64,000 nucleotides of DNA from an uncultured Gammaproteobacteria bacterium (GCA_964415615.1 CAYQAW010000003.1:30788-94787), one strand, 5' to 3'; shown: positions 9,938 through 19,096, counted from the first letter of the stretch. Notes: generated by a model not told the origin, from the sequence alone. Made by a program: numbers and translations.

Positions 9938-11093
9938 TTTTTATAAGATAAATATACCCTAATGCACCAATTCCAGCAAATATGAAAATTAGCCCTACCC
10001 AAACAAGTGGATTTATCTGTTTTTCGTTTTTTATTTCAATCTTGCCAGATAGTGTTGCAGATGCTATGGCTGCAGCAACTGAGGCAATGCGGTAAGGATA
10101 TTTAGATGTTTGTTTTGGTTTTGGTGTAGGAGTTTTAGTAACAGTTGGTATTGGAGAAGCTGAAGAATTGTTATTTGAAGTGGGTTGTGGAGTAGGCTGA
10201 TCGTTGGAACCATCACTGTTTACATCATTAATTTTTATTGTAACTTCATTGCTCCAGGTAAGATTTCCTCCGTCTTGATCATAGCTTCCAACCTTGAATA
10301 TATAATCCCCACTACCTGTGTATCCTGAATCATCAATATCTGGTTTAACTTCAAAATTAAAACTATTTGTACATAGATATTGGTTGGTGGAACTGCTGCC
10401 ATTTTTTATCCAATTTCCAGAGACTAAGGTAAGTCCAAAATAATTAGAGCTAGCTGCTTTTTTAAAAGCCCCTTTACAAAAGTAAGCTGTACTAGATGTT
10501 ATGTTAACTGAAACAATAAATGATTGGTCAGAATTTATTTGAGAAGGGATGTTTGTAATGGTAAAAGATGAAGAGGAAGCGGGTGCGAGGGATGGAGATT
10601 GTGTAATAGTGGGAATTGGTGTTGGAATAGCTATAGGTAAGGGGGTTGAGGTGTTATTTGATGTTCCTTTGGTAGGCGAGGAAATAATAATCCAATTTCC
10701 CGAAACATCTGGGTTTCTTCCAGCGGATTGTCCGTTGCCTGGTGTCGAAATACCTCCAAAGTTACCGTATTTTACTTGATCGATAGATGTATTAGGATAC
10801 AATTTTGAAGTAAGAGTTATGATGTCACCGTCTTTGTTGAGGAGATTGTACCAATCTATTGTACAAAAATGACCATTACAAATCGCACCAGATAAATCCT
10901 TTTTGTGATTATCAGCATCAATTAGTTGATACAATGAAATATCCATACCTTCATTATAAATTTCTACCCAATCAGAGTTGGAAGATGAACTGCCTCCCGC
11001 TGCATAAAATTCGTTAAGCTTAATGGTTGCTGCAAAAGCAGTTTTAGCATAAAAGATGAAAACAACAATAATAAAGATTATTATTTTATTCAC
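9906..11093 (-). CDS. Secreted, C-terminally anchored surface protein with lamin-tail-like domain and Pro/Thr/Ser-rich linkers
   Basis: Signal peptide, IKLNEFY..SDWVEIYN, LNKDGD.I.L, SPTKG..N, PTP-rich linkers, C-terminal TM. Confidence 0.75.
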   Translation of the reverse strand: MNKIIIFIIVVFIFYAKTAFAATIKLNEFYAAGGSSSSNSDWVEIYNEGMDISLYQLIDADNHKKDLSGAICNGHFCTIDWYNLLNKDGDIITLTSKLYPNTSIDQVKYGNFGGISTPGNGQSAGRNPDVSGNWIIISSPTKGTSNNTSTPLPIAIPTPIPTITQSPSLAPASSSSFTITNIPSQINSDQSFIVSVNITSSTAYFCKGAFKKAASSNYFGLTLVSGNWIKNGSSSTNQYLCTNSFNFEVKPDIDDSGYTGSGDYIFKVGSYDQDGGNLTWSNEVTIKINDVNSDGSNDQPTPQPTSNNNSSASPIPTVTKTPTPKPKQTSKYPYRIASVAAAIASATLSGKIEIKNEKQINPLVWVGLIFIFAGIGALGYIYLIKNAKIHIPFRR

Positions 11094-11152
11094 TTAAACT
11101 TATAATAGTTCTTATACTTAAGATAAATCAACATATCTAATCTAAATATCTA

Positions 11153-11188
11153 ATATCCATTTTTTAGCTATTGCCAGATTATGGATAA
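11153..11188. repeat. 36-bp direct repeat, copy 1 (upstream of PaaX/Cas2-like gene 1)
   Basis: atatccattttttagctattgccagattatggataa; 31/36 identical to 11800-11835; tatcc/ggata inverted ends. Confidence 0.9.
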
Positions 11189-11215
11189 TGTGGTTTATTA
11201 TCTAGTGTATAGATT

Positions 11216-11797
11216 ATGTATAAAGAAGAATACCCGGATACAAAAGAGATTATTTATCTGTTAGGGATGGGTGTTATTTTAACAGCAACTATTTTTATGC
11301 CTGGCTTGGGATATGCAGCAAAAATGATTAATCAGGCAAAGAGCAATCATAAATGGAAGGAAACACAACGGGAGTGGAAGAAATTTAATCCTCATATTTT
11401 GAAAAGAAATTTAAAACGTTTAAAAGAACAGAAAGTTGTGGAGATTATTCAAAAGAACGGTGAAGATGTCATTAAACTGACCCAAAAAGGACATACAAAA
11501 TACATAAAGTTCAAATTAGAGAAGCTCTCCTTAAAGAGTAAAAGCTGGGATGGTAAGTGGCGGATTGTAATATATGATATTGCCAGAGTTAAAAAAAATC
11601 AGGTTAGTTCCTTCAGGAATATTCTGAAATATATAAATTTCTTCCAATTGCAAAAAAGCGTTTATTTGACTCCATATCCTTGTGATGAAGAGATTCTTTA
11701 CCTAAGGGAGTATTTTGGAATAGGCAATGAAGTTTTGTTAATAAGAGCTGATAAGATTGAAAATGAAGGATTTTACAAACAATATTTTGGATTATGA
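11216..11797 (+). CDS. PaaX-type wHTH + Cas2-like domain protein
   Basis: LKRLKEQKVVEI..IKLTQKG (wHTH wing), then WDGKWRIVIYDI..FR..L....F.QLQKSVY (PaaX central / Cas2-like fold). Confidence 0.85.
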   Translation: MYKEEYPDTKEIIYLLGMGVILTATIFMPGLGYAAKMINQAKSNHKWKETQREWKKFNPHILKRNLKRLKEQKVVEIIQKNGEDVIKLTQKGHTKYIKFKLEKLSLKSKSWDGKWRIVIYDIARVKKNQVSSFRNILKYINFFQLQKSVYLTPYPCDEEILYLREYFGIGNEVLLIRADKIENEGFYKQYFGL

Positions 11798-11799
11798 TT

Positions 11800-11835
11800 A
11801 TATCCCTTTTTTAGCTATTGCCAAGATTTGGATAA
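11800..11835. repeat. 36-bp direct repeat, copy 2 (2 nt after stop of PaaX/Cas2-like gene 1)
   Basis: atatcccttttttagctattgccaagatttggataa. Confidence 0.9.
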
Positions 11836-11871
11836 AATAATTTCACACTAATTTAAAGAATACAAAGAATA

Positions 11872-13047
11872 CTAGGGGATATGCCAGTACAGAGTTACAT
11901 AATCACTATTGTCATGATCTAACACTACACCTCTTCCTACAGTACCAGTTAAATAACAAGCGTTTGAATCTGAGAATTCATATGCAACTCCATCAGCTGC
12001 TGCCCTTATTGGAGCCCCAGCGTATTCTGCAATGTCTAGTCCGGAATGTCTTCCTAAAAAGTATATCTCACCAAACTTGGTACTAATTTGTCCTACTCTA
12101 CAAGATGAACCGCATTCACTGCCATCATAACTTGCCAAAGGTTTTTCAAATTGTCCAGAATCTATAAAAGGTTTTGGATCAATTTTATTGTCACGACCAA
12201 CAACAGTATTATTTTCTACTCTGGCATTATTCATTACCTCAAAGTGTAGATGTGGGCCTGTTGAACAGCCTGAATTTCCAACAACAGCAATAACTTCACC
12301 TCTTTTGACGGGTCCTTTTTTCACACCGGCACTACCAAGAGCACGCCTTATTGAGTCTGTATCTGCTTTGAGTTGAGCGATTAAGGATTGAAAACGGGCC
12401 TCGTCATTTTTAGTAATTTTTAACAGATCTTCTTTGTCTGTTTTTTGTTGAACAAGTTGCACTTTATAGCTTTCCAAGTCTTTATTTAATTTCTCTGCTT
12501 CTGTTTGTCTGGTTTGTTTGTCTTGTTTTTGGTCATTATAGGCAAGCTTTGTTGCTTGTAGTTCATATAATTTTTTTTTGTCATAGGCTTGGGCAGTTTG
12601 AATATATTTGAGTTTTTCTATCAGGTCTGCAAAGCCATGAGAGGTAAATAGCAAATCAATTGTAGAGATGGAGTTACTATATTTATAGGTTTGTACGATT
12701 CTTTTAAGAAGAATTTCTGATAAAGTATCAAGAGTTGTGCCAATTCTATTAATTCTTGTTGCAAGGTCGGAAATTTCTCTTTCCAGTTTTTCAATTTTTA
12801 GATTTGTTTCTTCAATCTTTAGTACGGTAATTTTAGTTTGACCATCAATAAGGTTCAGTTGAGATTTTAAAGTTCTCTCTTGGTTTCTTACATCAGCAAG
12901 TTGACCTTCTAATCTTTGAATCTCTGCCTGTTTGTCTTGAAGCTGCTTGCTTAGTTCGTCAGTGGAATCTGCGTATGCAGGATAGAGAAGAATAAAAGCT
13001 GTAAAACTAAATGCAAGAAGAAATAATAATAGTAACTTTTTCATCAC
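11872..13047 (-). CDS. Secreted coiled-coil + M23 peptidase (FtsEX partner), circularly permuted M23 domain
   Basis: Signal peptide, long coiled coil, GNSGCSTGPHLHFEV followed by HSGLDI..AAADG..YWH. Directly downstream of ftsX. Start may be ATG 13044. Confidence 0.85.
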   Translation of the reverse strand: MMKKLLLLFLLAFSFTAFILLYPAYADSTDELSKQLQDKQAEIQRLEGQLADVRNQERTLKSQLNLIDGQTKITVLKIEETNLKIEKLEREISDLATRINRIGTTLDTLSEILLKRIVQTYKYSNSISTIDLLFTSHGFADLIEKLKYIQTAQAYDKKKLYELQATKLAYNDQKQDKQTRQTEAEKLNKDLESYKVQLVQQKTDKEDLLKITKNDEARFQSLIAQLKADTDSIRRALGSAGVKKGPVKRGEVIAVVGNSGCSTGPHLHFEVMNNARVENNTVVGRDNKIDPKPFIDSGQFEKPLASYDGSECGSSCRVGQISTKFGEIYFLGRHSGLDIAEYAGAPIRAAADGVAYEFSDSNACYLTGTVGRGVVLDHDNSDYVTLYWHIP

Positions 13048-13050
13048 GGT

Positions 13051-13926
13051 TCATTGTATTTTCAAGTAACGTCTGACTGCCGCAATTGATCCTAAGCCTC
13101 CTACAAAACAAGCTAAAGATAAACTTCCTCCAAGTAATGTAAGCATAAATAGAGGATTTACTGGTAGCAATTTAACCTCTCCCAAGTATCCCTGCAAAAA
13201 GGGAGCAAAATACCAAAGTACGGCGTAACTCATAACCCAAGCTAGCAGAGTTCCTGCTACACCATAAAATATTCCTTCTAAAATAAATGGACTTCTAATA
13301 AAAGAAGAAGATGCTCCCAAGAGTCTCATAATCTCTATCTCATTCCTTTTAAGACGTATTTTAAAACCAATAATCATCACTATTACAAGTGTTGCAAAAA
13401 TCATCAAAAATCCAACAGTTGCTCCTCCCACCACTCTGATAATTCCTGTTACTTGTGTTAAAGTTTGCACAACATCTTCAGGTACTATTACATCAGATAT
13501 AACAGGTTCTTTTTTTAGAATTTCTGCAATGCCCTGCAGATCTTGTGGGGTTTGGGTAGATATTTCCAAGCTGGCAGGCAGGATATTAGCAGTAACCAGT
13601 TCCAATAAGGCTGGATCGCTCTTATTTTTTTCTCTATAAATTTGCAGAGCATCATCTTTGGAAACAAATTTTGTGTTGGTAACTCTGGTTTCCTGTTGGA
13701 GAGCATTTTCTATAGCAGATACATCCTGGTCAGTGGTGCCTTCTTTGAAAAAGGCTATTACCTGAGGTTTGCTTTCAAAATAACGCAGGGCAGTTTGTGA
13801 TCCGGCAGCCAAAATAATAAATGTCATCAGAGCTAAAAATGTTAAAAACATCACCATTGAGGCAGCTAAGGCCTGAAATGGGGTGCGTCTGATATTTCTT
13901 TTTGCAAACGAGACCGCTCTACTCAT
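13051..13926 (-). CDS. ftsX: Cell division permease FtsX
   Basis: FVSKDDAL, LPASLEI, EIEIMRLLGAS..FIRSPFILEG; adjacent to ftsE. Confidence 0.93.
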   Translation of the reverse strand: MSRAVSFAKRNIRRTPFQALAASMVMFLTFLALMTFIILAAGSQTALRYFESKPQVIAFFKEGTTDQDVSAIENALQQETRVTNTKFVSKDDALQIYREKNKSDPALLELVTANILPASLEISTQTPQDLQGIAEILKKEPVISDVIVPEDVVQTLTQVTGIIRVVGGATVGFLMIFATLVIVMIIGFKIRLKRNEIEIMRLLGASSSFIRSPFILEGIFYGVAGTLLAWVMSYAVLWYFAPFLQGYLGEVKLLPVNPLFMLTLLGGSLSLACFVGGLGSIAAVRRYLKIQ

Positions 13927-14593
13927 ATTTTCCTTCCTTTGTATCTTTGGTAATCTTTCCGGATTTGATAATAACGACTCTTCTTTTTAAGGTATTGACG
14001 ATTTCTTGATTATGGGTGGCCATTAGAATTGTTGTGCCCCAGGAGTTGATTTCATTTAAAAGTTGGATTACTCCCCATGCAGTTTTAGGGTCCAGATCTC
14101 CGGTTGGCTCATCTGCCAAAACTACATCTGGTTTACCTACGATTGCTCTGGCTATGGCAGTTCTTTGAGCCTCTCCGCCAGAGAGTTGTCTGGGAAAAAG
14201 ATTCCGTTTATCCCAAATTTCTACCAGTTTTAAGGTGTGTTCAACACTTTTTAATATTTCTTCATCAGTTTTGTTTTGTACTTCTAAAGTTAAAGCAATA
14301 TTCTCAAAAACAGTTCTGTCATCCAGTAATTTAAAATCCTGAAAAACTACACCAACTTTTCTTCTGAAAAGTGGTATGTCAGCAGTTTTGATTTTGGTAA
14401 TATCAACTCCTCCTACCATAATTTTACCGCTGGTGGGTAAAATTTCCCTGGTCAGAATTCTAAGCAAAGTAGATTTACCAGCTCCGGATGGTCCTACAAT
14501 AAAAACAAACTCGCCTTGTTTGACTTCAAGATTAATATCATCTAAAGCAAAGGTGGAACCAAACTTCTTTGATACAGAGTTAAATATGATCAT
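13919..14593 (-). CDS. ftsE: Cell division ATP-binding protein FtsE
   Basis: GPSGAGKST, VVFQDFKLL..RTVFEN, LSGGEAQR, ADEPTGDLD, MATHN. Confidence 0.95.
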   Translation of the reverse strand: MIIFNSVSKKFGSTFALDDINLEVKQGEFVFIVGPSGAGKSTLLRILTREILPTSGKIMVGGVDITKIKTADIPLFRRKVGVVFQDFKLLDDRTVFENIALTLEVQNKTDEEILKSVEHTLKLVEIWDKRNLFPRQLSGGEAQRTAIARAIVGKPDVVLADEPTGDLDPKTAWGVIQLLNEINSWGTTILMATHNQEIVNTLKRRVVIIKSGKITKDTKEGKYE

Positions 14594-14616
14594 AGCAGGA
14601 TAAAAGGACTTAACGG

Positions 14617-15060
14617 TTATTCTGTTTCTACTTTACCAACATCCATGAGCCACCCTTCTTTTAAGGCTTTTTGGGTTTCACCAAAAACCTTAACTTTTTT
14701 GCCTTCATATTGAGATAAATCAACAACAGAGGAAGTTAAAGCCACAGGAACAGCACCGTCTCGAATAAGAACATGTGTACCTTCAGTATATTCTGAAGGA
14801 TCATCTGGTTGAGGTTTGGCTTTCATAGTGCCTTCGGCAAAATCTTTGAAGGTATGGATATCTTGTTGGGCGCTTTTCGCAGTTCCTACAGCAAGAGGTG
14901 AGAATTTTGCGCTATTACTTTTGGTTGAAAGGATATATCCTGTTAGGGTTCCTAGAACTAGGGCAGCTATAATTACTCCCAGCAAAAGGCGTTTAGGATT
15001 ATCAACACTCATTAATGGTTTGGTAATTTTTTCTTCCAGTTTTGCTTGTAGTGTTGCCAT
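14617..15060 (-). CDS. Hypothetical membrane-anchored protein (possible small OB-like beta domain)
   Basis: Single TM, then EG...EGTH.L...LTSSVVDL..Y.GKKVKV.G; co-oriented with prfB and ftsE. Confidence 0.65.
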   Translation of the reverse strand: MATLQAKLEEKITKPLMSVDNPKRLLLGVIIAALVLGTLTGYILSTKSNSAKFSPLAVGTAKSAQQDIHTFKDFAEGTMKAKPQPDDPSEYTEGTHVLIRDGAVPVALTSSVVDLSQYEGKKVKVFGETQKALKEGWLMDVGKVETE

Positions 15061-15093
15061 ATTTATATATTAACCATAAGTTAGGGTATTTGT

Positions 15094-16173
15094 CTACCCT
15101 TCGTTTTTGATTGTCCGCAGTTCTGCTTCAATAAATTGGGTTATTTCTCCATCTAAAACAGCATCAGTATTGGAGGTTTCTACATTTGTTCTCAAATCCT
15201 TAACCATGTGATAAGGGTGCAAAACATAAGATCTAATTTGGGTTCCCCAGGAAGCTTGAGTATTGCTACTTTTAAATTCCTCTTGTTGTTGTTTACCCTG
15301 AGTTTGTCGAAGGGCCCAAAGTTTCGCCAAAAGCAGCTTCATAGCATTTTCCCTGTTTTGCAGTTGTGATCTTTCTGTTTGAGCAGTCACAGTAATACCA
15401 GTTGGAAGATGTTTTACCCTGACTGCTGTTGAGACTTTATTTACATTTTGTCCTCCTGCTCCTCCTGCTCTAAAAGCTTCAAATTCTATATCAGCTTCAT
15501 TGATTTCAACTTCTTCAGGGTTTATTACTGGTAAAACTTCAACTAAAGCAAAAGAGGTTTGTCTTAAATTGTCAGCATTAAAAGGGGATTGTCTGACTAA
15601 CCTATGAGTTCCAGCTTCACCTTTTAGATAACCAAAGCTAAAATCAGCATGTATTATCATAGAAACTGTTTTGATCCCTGCTTCTTCCCCTGGGTTTTCA
15701 TCAGTAACTTCATATTTCCAAGCCTGCCTGTCAAAATATCTTTGATACATTCTTACAAGCATTGCAGCCCAATCCATAGCTTCAACCCCTCCTGCTCCTG
15801 AGTGAACAGATAAAATAGCTTCTGACCCGTCATGAGGGTTTGATAAAAATAGTTTCAGCTCTAATTTATCTAATATTTCTGAAATTTCTTTTACTTCTTT
15901 TTTCAGGTCTTCCTGCATAGAAGGTTCCTCTGAAATTTCCAAAGCATTATTAATTCTGTTTTCTAACTCTTCCAAAGTTTTTAGTGTTTTCTGTTTTGCA
16001 CTAAGCTTCCGACTGATGACTGAAGACTCCTTGGGACTGCTCCAAAAACCCTCCTTCATAGTCTGGGCTTCCAGTTCCCGAATTTCTGTTTTCAGCTTAT
16101 CTTGATCAAGAGACTCAGAAATCTGAGTAAACATTTCTTTTAATTTTTTTAATTCATTCTGAATTTCTTCCAT
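15094..16173 (-). CDS. prfB: Peptide chain release factor 2 (no programmed frameshift)
   Basis: [27 protein letters not shown] (SPF = RF2), GAGGQNVNK. Confidence 0.95.
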   Translation of the reverse strand: MEEIQNELKKLKEMFTQISESLDQDKLKTEIRELEAQTMKEGFWSSPKESSVISRKLSAKQKTLKTLEELENRINNALEISEEPSMQEDLKKEVKEISEILDKLELKLFLSNPHDGSEAILSVHSGAGGVEAMDWAAMLVRMYQRYFDRQAWKYEVTDENPGEEAGIKTVSMIIHADFSFGYLKGEAGTHRLVRQSPFNADNLRQTSFALVEVLPVINPEEVEINEADIEFEAFRAGGAGGQNVNKVSTAVRVKHLPTGITVTAQTERSQLQNRENAMKLLLAKLWALRQTQGKQQQEEFKSSNTQASWGTQIRSYVLHPYHMVKDLRTNVETSNTDAVLDGEITQFIEAELRTIKNEG

Positions 16174-16296
16174 GCAGAAATTATATCCTATTTGTCATTG
16201 TGAAGTCATGAAGTGGCTGTGGCAATTTATATTTCGAAAACACATTCCCACATTTCAAGTGGGAAGCTAATCTGAAATGGATAAAAATCCACCCCC

Positions 16297-16325
16297 TTGA
16301 CTTCGGGTTAAATTTGGAATAATCT
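16297..16325 (+). promoter_or_regulatory. sigma70-type promoter of the Bro-N gene
   Basis: TTGACT (16297-16302), 17 nt spacer, TAATCT (16320-16325), ATG 8 nt later. Confidence 0.55.
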
Positions 16326-16333
16326 GTTTACGT

Positions 16334-16975
16334 ATGCAAAATACTTTAGCATTTTTTGAAGGCAGAAAAATCCGGAGGCATTGGGACCAAAAACAAGAAA
16401 AGTGGTATTTTTCAGTAGTGGACGTAGTTTCAGTTTTAACAGAAAGTAGTGACTCGGGAGATTATTGGTATAAGATGAAAATTCGAGTAAAGAGTGATGA
16501 TGGGCTTGAGTTATCGACAATTTGTCGACAACTGAAATTAGAATCTTCAGACGGTAAAAAATATTCTACGGATTGTGCTGATACTGAAAGCCTTTTTCGC
16601 ATTGTCCAGTCAATCCCTTCTTCCAAAGCAGAGCCTCTGAAGCTCTGGTTGGCTAAGGTTGGATATGAAAGAATTCAGGAAACTGTGGATCCTGAAAAAT
16701 CTGTTAATAGAGGACGGATAAATTAGGAAAGAATGAGTAGAAGCAGAAAATGGATTCAACAAAGAATGATGGGGCAGGAAATCCGCAATAAACTGACTGA
16801 TTACTGGAAAAATCATGAAGTTAAAGAGCAAGATGAATTTGCAATTTTGACAAATATTATTCACCAGGAGTGGAGCGATTTAACAGTAAAAGAACACAAA
16901 AAAATAAAGAAATTAAAAACTGAAAATTTACGTGATCATATGACTGATGCAGAACTGGTTTTCACAGCAAAATAG
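16334..16975 (+). pseudogene. Bro-N domain (phage antirepressor-like) gene with in-frame TAG, probably 3'-truncated
   Basis: KIRRHWD...WYFSVVDVV, RIVQSIPS.KAEP.KLWLA.VGYERI. TAG at 16724-16726, then the same frame continues KWIQQRMMGQEIRNKLTDYWK...NLRDHMTDAELVFT. Confidence 0.8.
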
Positions 16976-17047
16976 CACAAAAAGATTAAAATAACTGTTA
17001 CCGATCCGTAACGGTGACGATTGCGGTGATTATGATAAAATTTGTAT

Positions 17048-17329
17048 ATGATTTTGCATATTGATACCAAGGATCAGAAAACAGTTATAGTCTCTCTGAA
17101 AGAAGAAGGGAAAGTGAAAAAAAGTTTAACTGAAGAAAATGAGTATGGTTCACAAGTACTCTTGCCTTTAGTTATGGAACTACTGCAACCCCTTGAAGGT
17201 ATAGAAGTTGAAACTGGTCCTGGATCCTTTACTGGAATCAGAGTTGGTGTTTCTGTGGCAAATGCTTTAGGTTTTTCCTTAGGGATTCCTGTTAATGGTA
17301 AAAAAATCGAGACAGAGTTGGTATACTAG
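17048..17329 (+). CDS. tsaB: TsaB (short, N-terminal-domain-only form)
   Basis: MILHIDT, GPGSFTGIRVGVSVANALGF. ATG 6 nt after extended -10 TGaTAAAAT. Confidence 0.85.
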   Translation: MILHIDTKDQKTVIVSLKEEGKVKKSLTEENEYGSQVLLPLVMELLQPLEGIEVETGPGSFTGIRVGVSVANALGFSLGIPVNGKKIETELVY

Positions 17330-17333
17330 AAGA

Positions 17334-18209
17334 ATGGCTTGGCAAAATTGGTTTATTCCTCATAAAGATACTCATAAAAAAGCTCATCTAATTTCTTGGG
17401 AAGGATTGGCTATCTACATCCTTATTTTTATTTTACTTCAGGTTAGTTTTTCAATAATAAGCTATTCCAAACCTGGAGTTTTGGGGATTACTTCAAGCAT
17501 TGATCAGAAAACTCTGATTGAGCTTACAAATTCTGAAAGGCAAAAAATGGGTCTTTCTGCAGTTTCTGAAAATGAAGCTTTAGATAAAGCAGCAGCCCTG
17601 AAAGCTCAAAATATGTTTGCCGAAAATTATTGGGCTCATTTTGCCCCTTCTGGTAAAACTCCCTGGGATTTTATTCTAAGTACAGGTTATAAATTTACTT
17701 TTGCTGGAGAAAATCTGGCAAAAAATTTCTATTCCTCTGATGAGGTAGTTAAAGCCTGGATGGCCTCCCCTACTCACAGGGATAATTTATTAAATCCTAA
17801 GTATAAAGATATAGGGATAGCTGTAGTAGAGGGAGTGTTAAATGGACAAAAAACAACTTTGGTGGTACAGGAATTTGGTACTACTCAAAATTTGGCTGCA
17901 AAACCTGCAGTTGAGGTCCAAGGAAAACAAATAGCAGTACCACAGCAAGATATGGTTAACCCTCCGCAGCTGGTGGAAGGCGCATCGCAGGTTAAAGTAG
18001 ACAATAAAACATTGTTCGATCCATATATAGTATCCAAAGTGGTTGGTTTATCAATAATTGCCTTGATTACAATATTACTGAGTTTTGATATTTGGGTGTT
18101 AAAAAAAAGAGGTGTACTGAGATTATCTTCTCATCATATTGCCCATATGGCCTTACTTTCTCTGGCAGCTGGTAGTATATTTATGTTAGGTCCAGGAACC
18201 ATATTATGA
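17334..18209 (+). CDS. CAP/SCP domain membrane protein
   Basis: LIELTNSER, AALKAQNMF..NYWAH, AGENLA, AWMASPTHRDNLL; TMs at both ends. Confidence 0.9.
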   Translation: MAWQNWFIPHKDTHKKAHLISWEGLAIYILIFILLQVSFSIISYSKPGVLGITSSIDQKTLIELTNSERQKMGLSAVSENEALDKAAALKAQNMFAENYWAHFAPSGKTPWDFILSTGYKFTFAGENLAKNFYSSDEVVKAWMASPTHRDNLLNPKYKDIGIAVVEGVLNGQKTTLVVQEFGTTQNLAAKPAVEVQGKQIAVPQQDMVNPPQLVEGASQVKVDNKTLFDPYIVSKVVGLSIIALITILLSFDIWVLKKRGVLRLSSHHIAHMALLSLAAGSIFMLGPGTIL

Positions 18210-18361
18210 TAATAAAGATTTTAATTATTGGTGCATTAATTTATTTGGTTTGGGCTCTGTTACATCATAAACGCGATAAAAGTTTGACTTTACCTATTTT
18301 ATTGGAGTATCTTTTAACTGCTGCCCTGGCGTTGATACTTATATCAGGAGTAATATATTAA
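18206..18361 (+). CDS. Small 51-aa two-TM membrane protein (absent from ORF track)
   Basis: ATGA overlap with CAP gene stop; MIIKILIIGALIYLVWALLHHKRDKSLTLPILLEYLLTAALALILISGVIY; ends 3 nt before rmlA. Confidence 0.75.
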   Translation: MIIKILIIGALIYLVWALLHHKRDKSLTLPILLEYLLTAALALILISGVIY

Positions 18362-18364
18362 AAA

Positions 18365-19096
18365 ATGAAAGGCATAATACTAGCAGGGGGACTGGGGACA
18401 CGTCTTTATCCCCTAACCAAAGTTACAAATAAACATCTTTTACCGGTTTATAACAAACCGATGATTTTCTATCCAATAGAAACACTAGTTAAAGCTGGTA
18501 TTACAGAAGTTATGGTAGTAACAGGTGGACCCCATTGTGGCCACTTTATGTCAATTCTAAAAAACGGTCATGAGCTGGGTATTAAACATTTGGAATATGC
18601 TTATCAGGAAAATGAGGGTGGCATTGCTGGCGCATTATCCTTAGCCAGGGAATTTGCTGAGAATGATAATGTAACAGTAATTTTAGGAGATAATACCTCT
18701 GATGCAGATATCTCCCAAGAAGTTAGGGATTTTAAGGAAGGAGCATTAATTTTCCTTAAAGAGGTGTCTGATCCGGAGCGTTTTGGTATTGCCACATTTG
18801 AACCAGCAAATCAATCAAAAATCATTAAGATTACTGAAAAGCCCCAAAATCCTGATTCTAAATGGGCAGTGACAGGAGTATATATCTATGATAACCAGGT
18901 TTTCGATTTTATTGATCAAATTAAACCTTCAGCAAGAGGGGAGTTGGAAATTACAGATGTTAATAATAAATATGTGGAGAAGGGACAGCTTGCTTGGAGT
19001 GAGCTAAAAGGTTATTGGTGGGATGCTGGCACTTTTGATACACTTTTGGAGGCCAATAACTACTGGGCAAAACAGAGCAAAGGGCAAGATAAGTAA
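18365..19096 (+). CDS. rmlA: Glucose-1-phosphate thymidylyltransferase (short SpsI-like form)
   Basis: GIILAGGLGTRLYPLT..NKHLLPVYNKPMI, PSARGELEITD. Confidence 0.92.
   Translation: MKGIILAGGLGTRLYPLTKVTNKHLLPVYNKPMIFYPIETLVKAGITEVMVVTGGPHCGHFMSILKNGHELGIKHLEYAYQENEGGIAGALSLAREFAENDNVTVILGDNTSDADISQEVRDFKEGALIFLKEVSDPERFGIATFEPANQSKIIKITEKPQNPDSKWAVTGVYIYDNQVFDFIDQIKPSARGELEITDVNNKYVEKGQLAWSELKGYWWDAGTFDTLLEANNYWAKQSKGQDK

Noticed and set aside
11133-11159. Short atatctaa/tctaa tandem-like run
   Set aside because: Low-complexity AT-rich sequence, too short and irregular to assign.
11153-11835. CRISPR array / CRISPR-Cas locus (36-bp repeats plus Cas2-like gene)
   Set aside because: Only two repeats, 611 bp apart with a gene between them. 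No spacer-sized intervals, and no cas1 or effector genes.
16724-16726. TAG recoding or alternative genetic code
   Set aside because: TAG ends normal genes here (6550, 17329, 28480), and TGA is also used as stop with RF2 present. A nonsense mutation is simpler.
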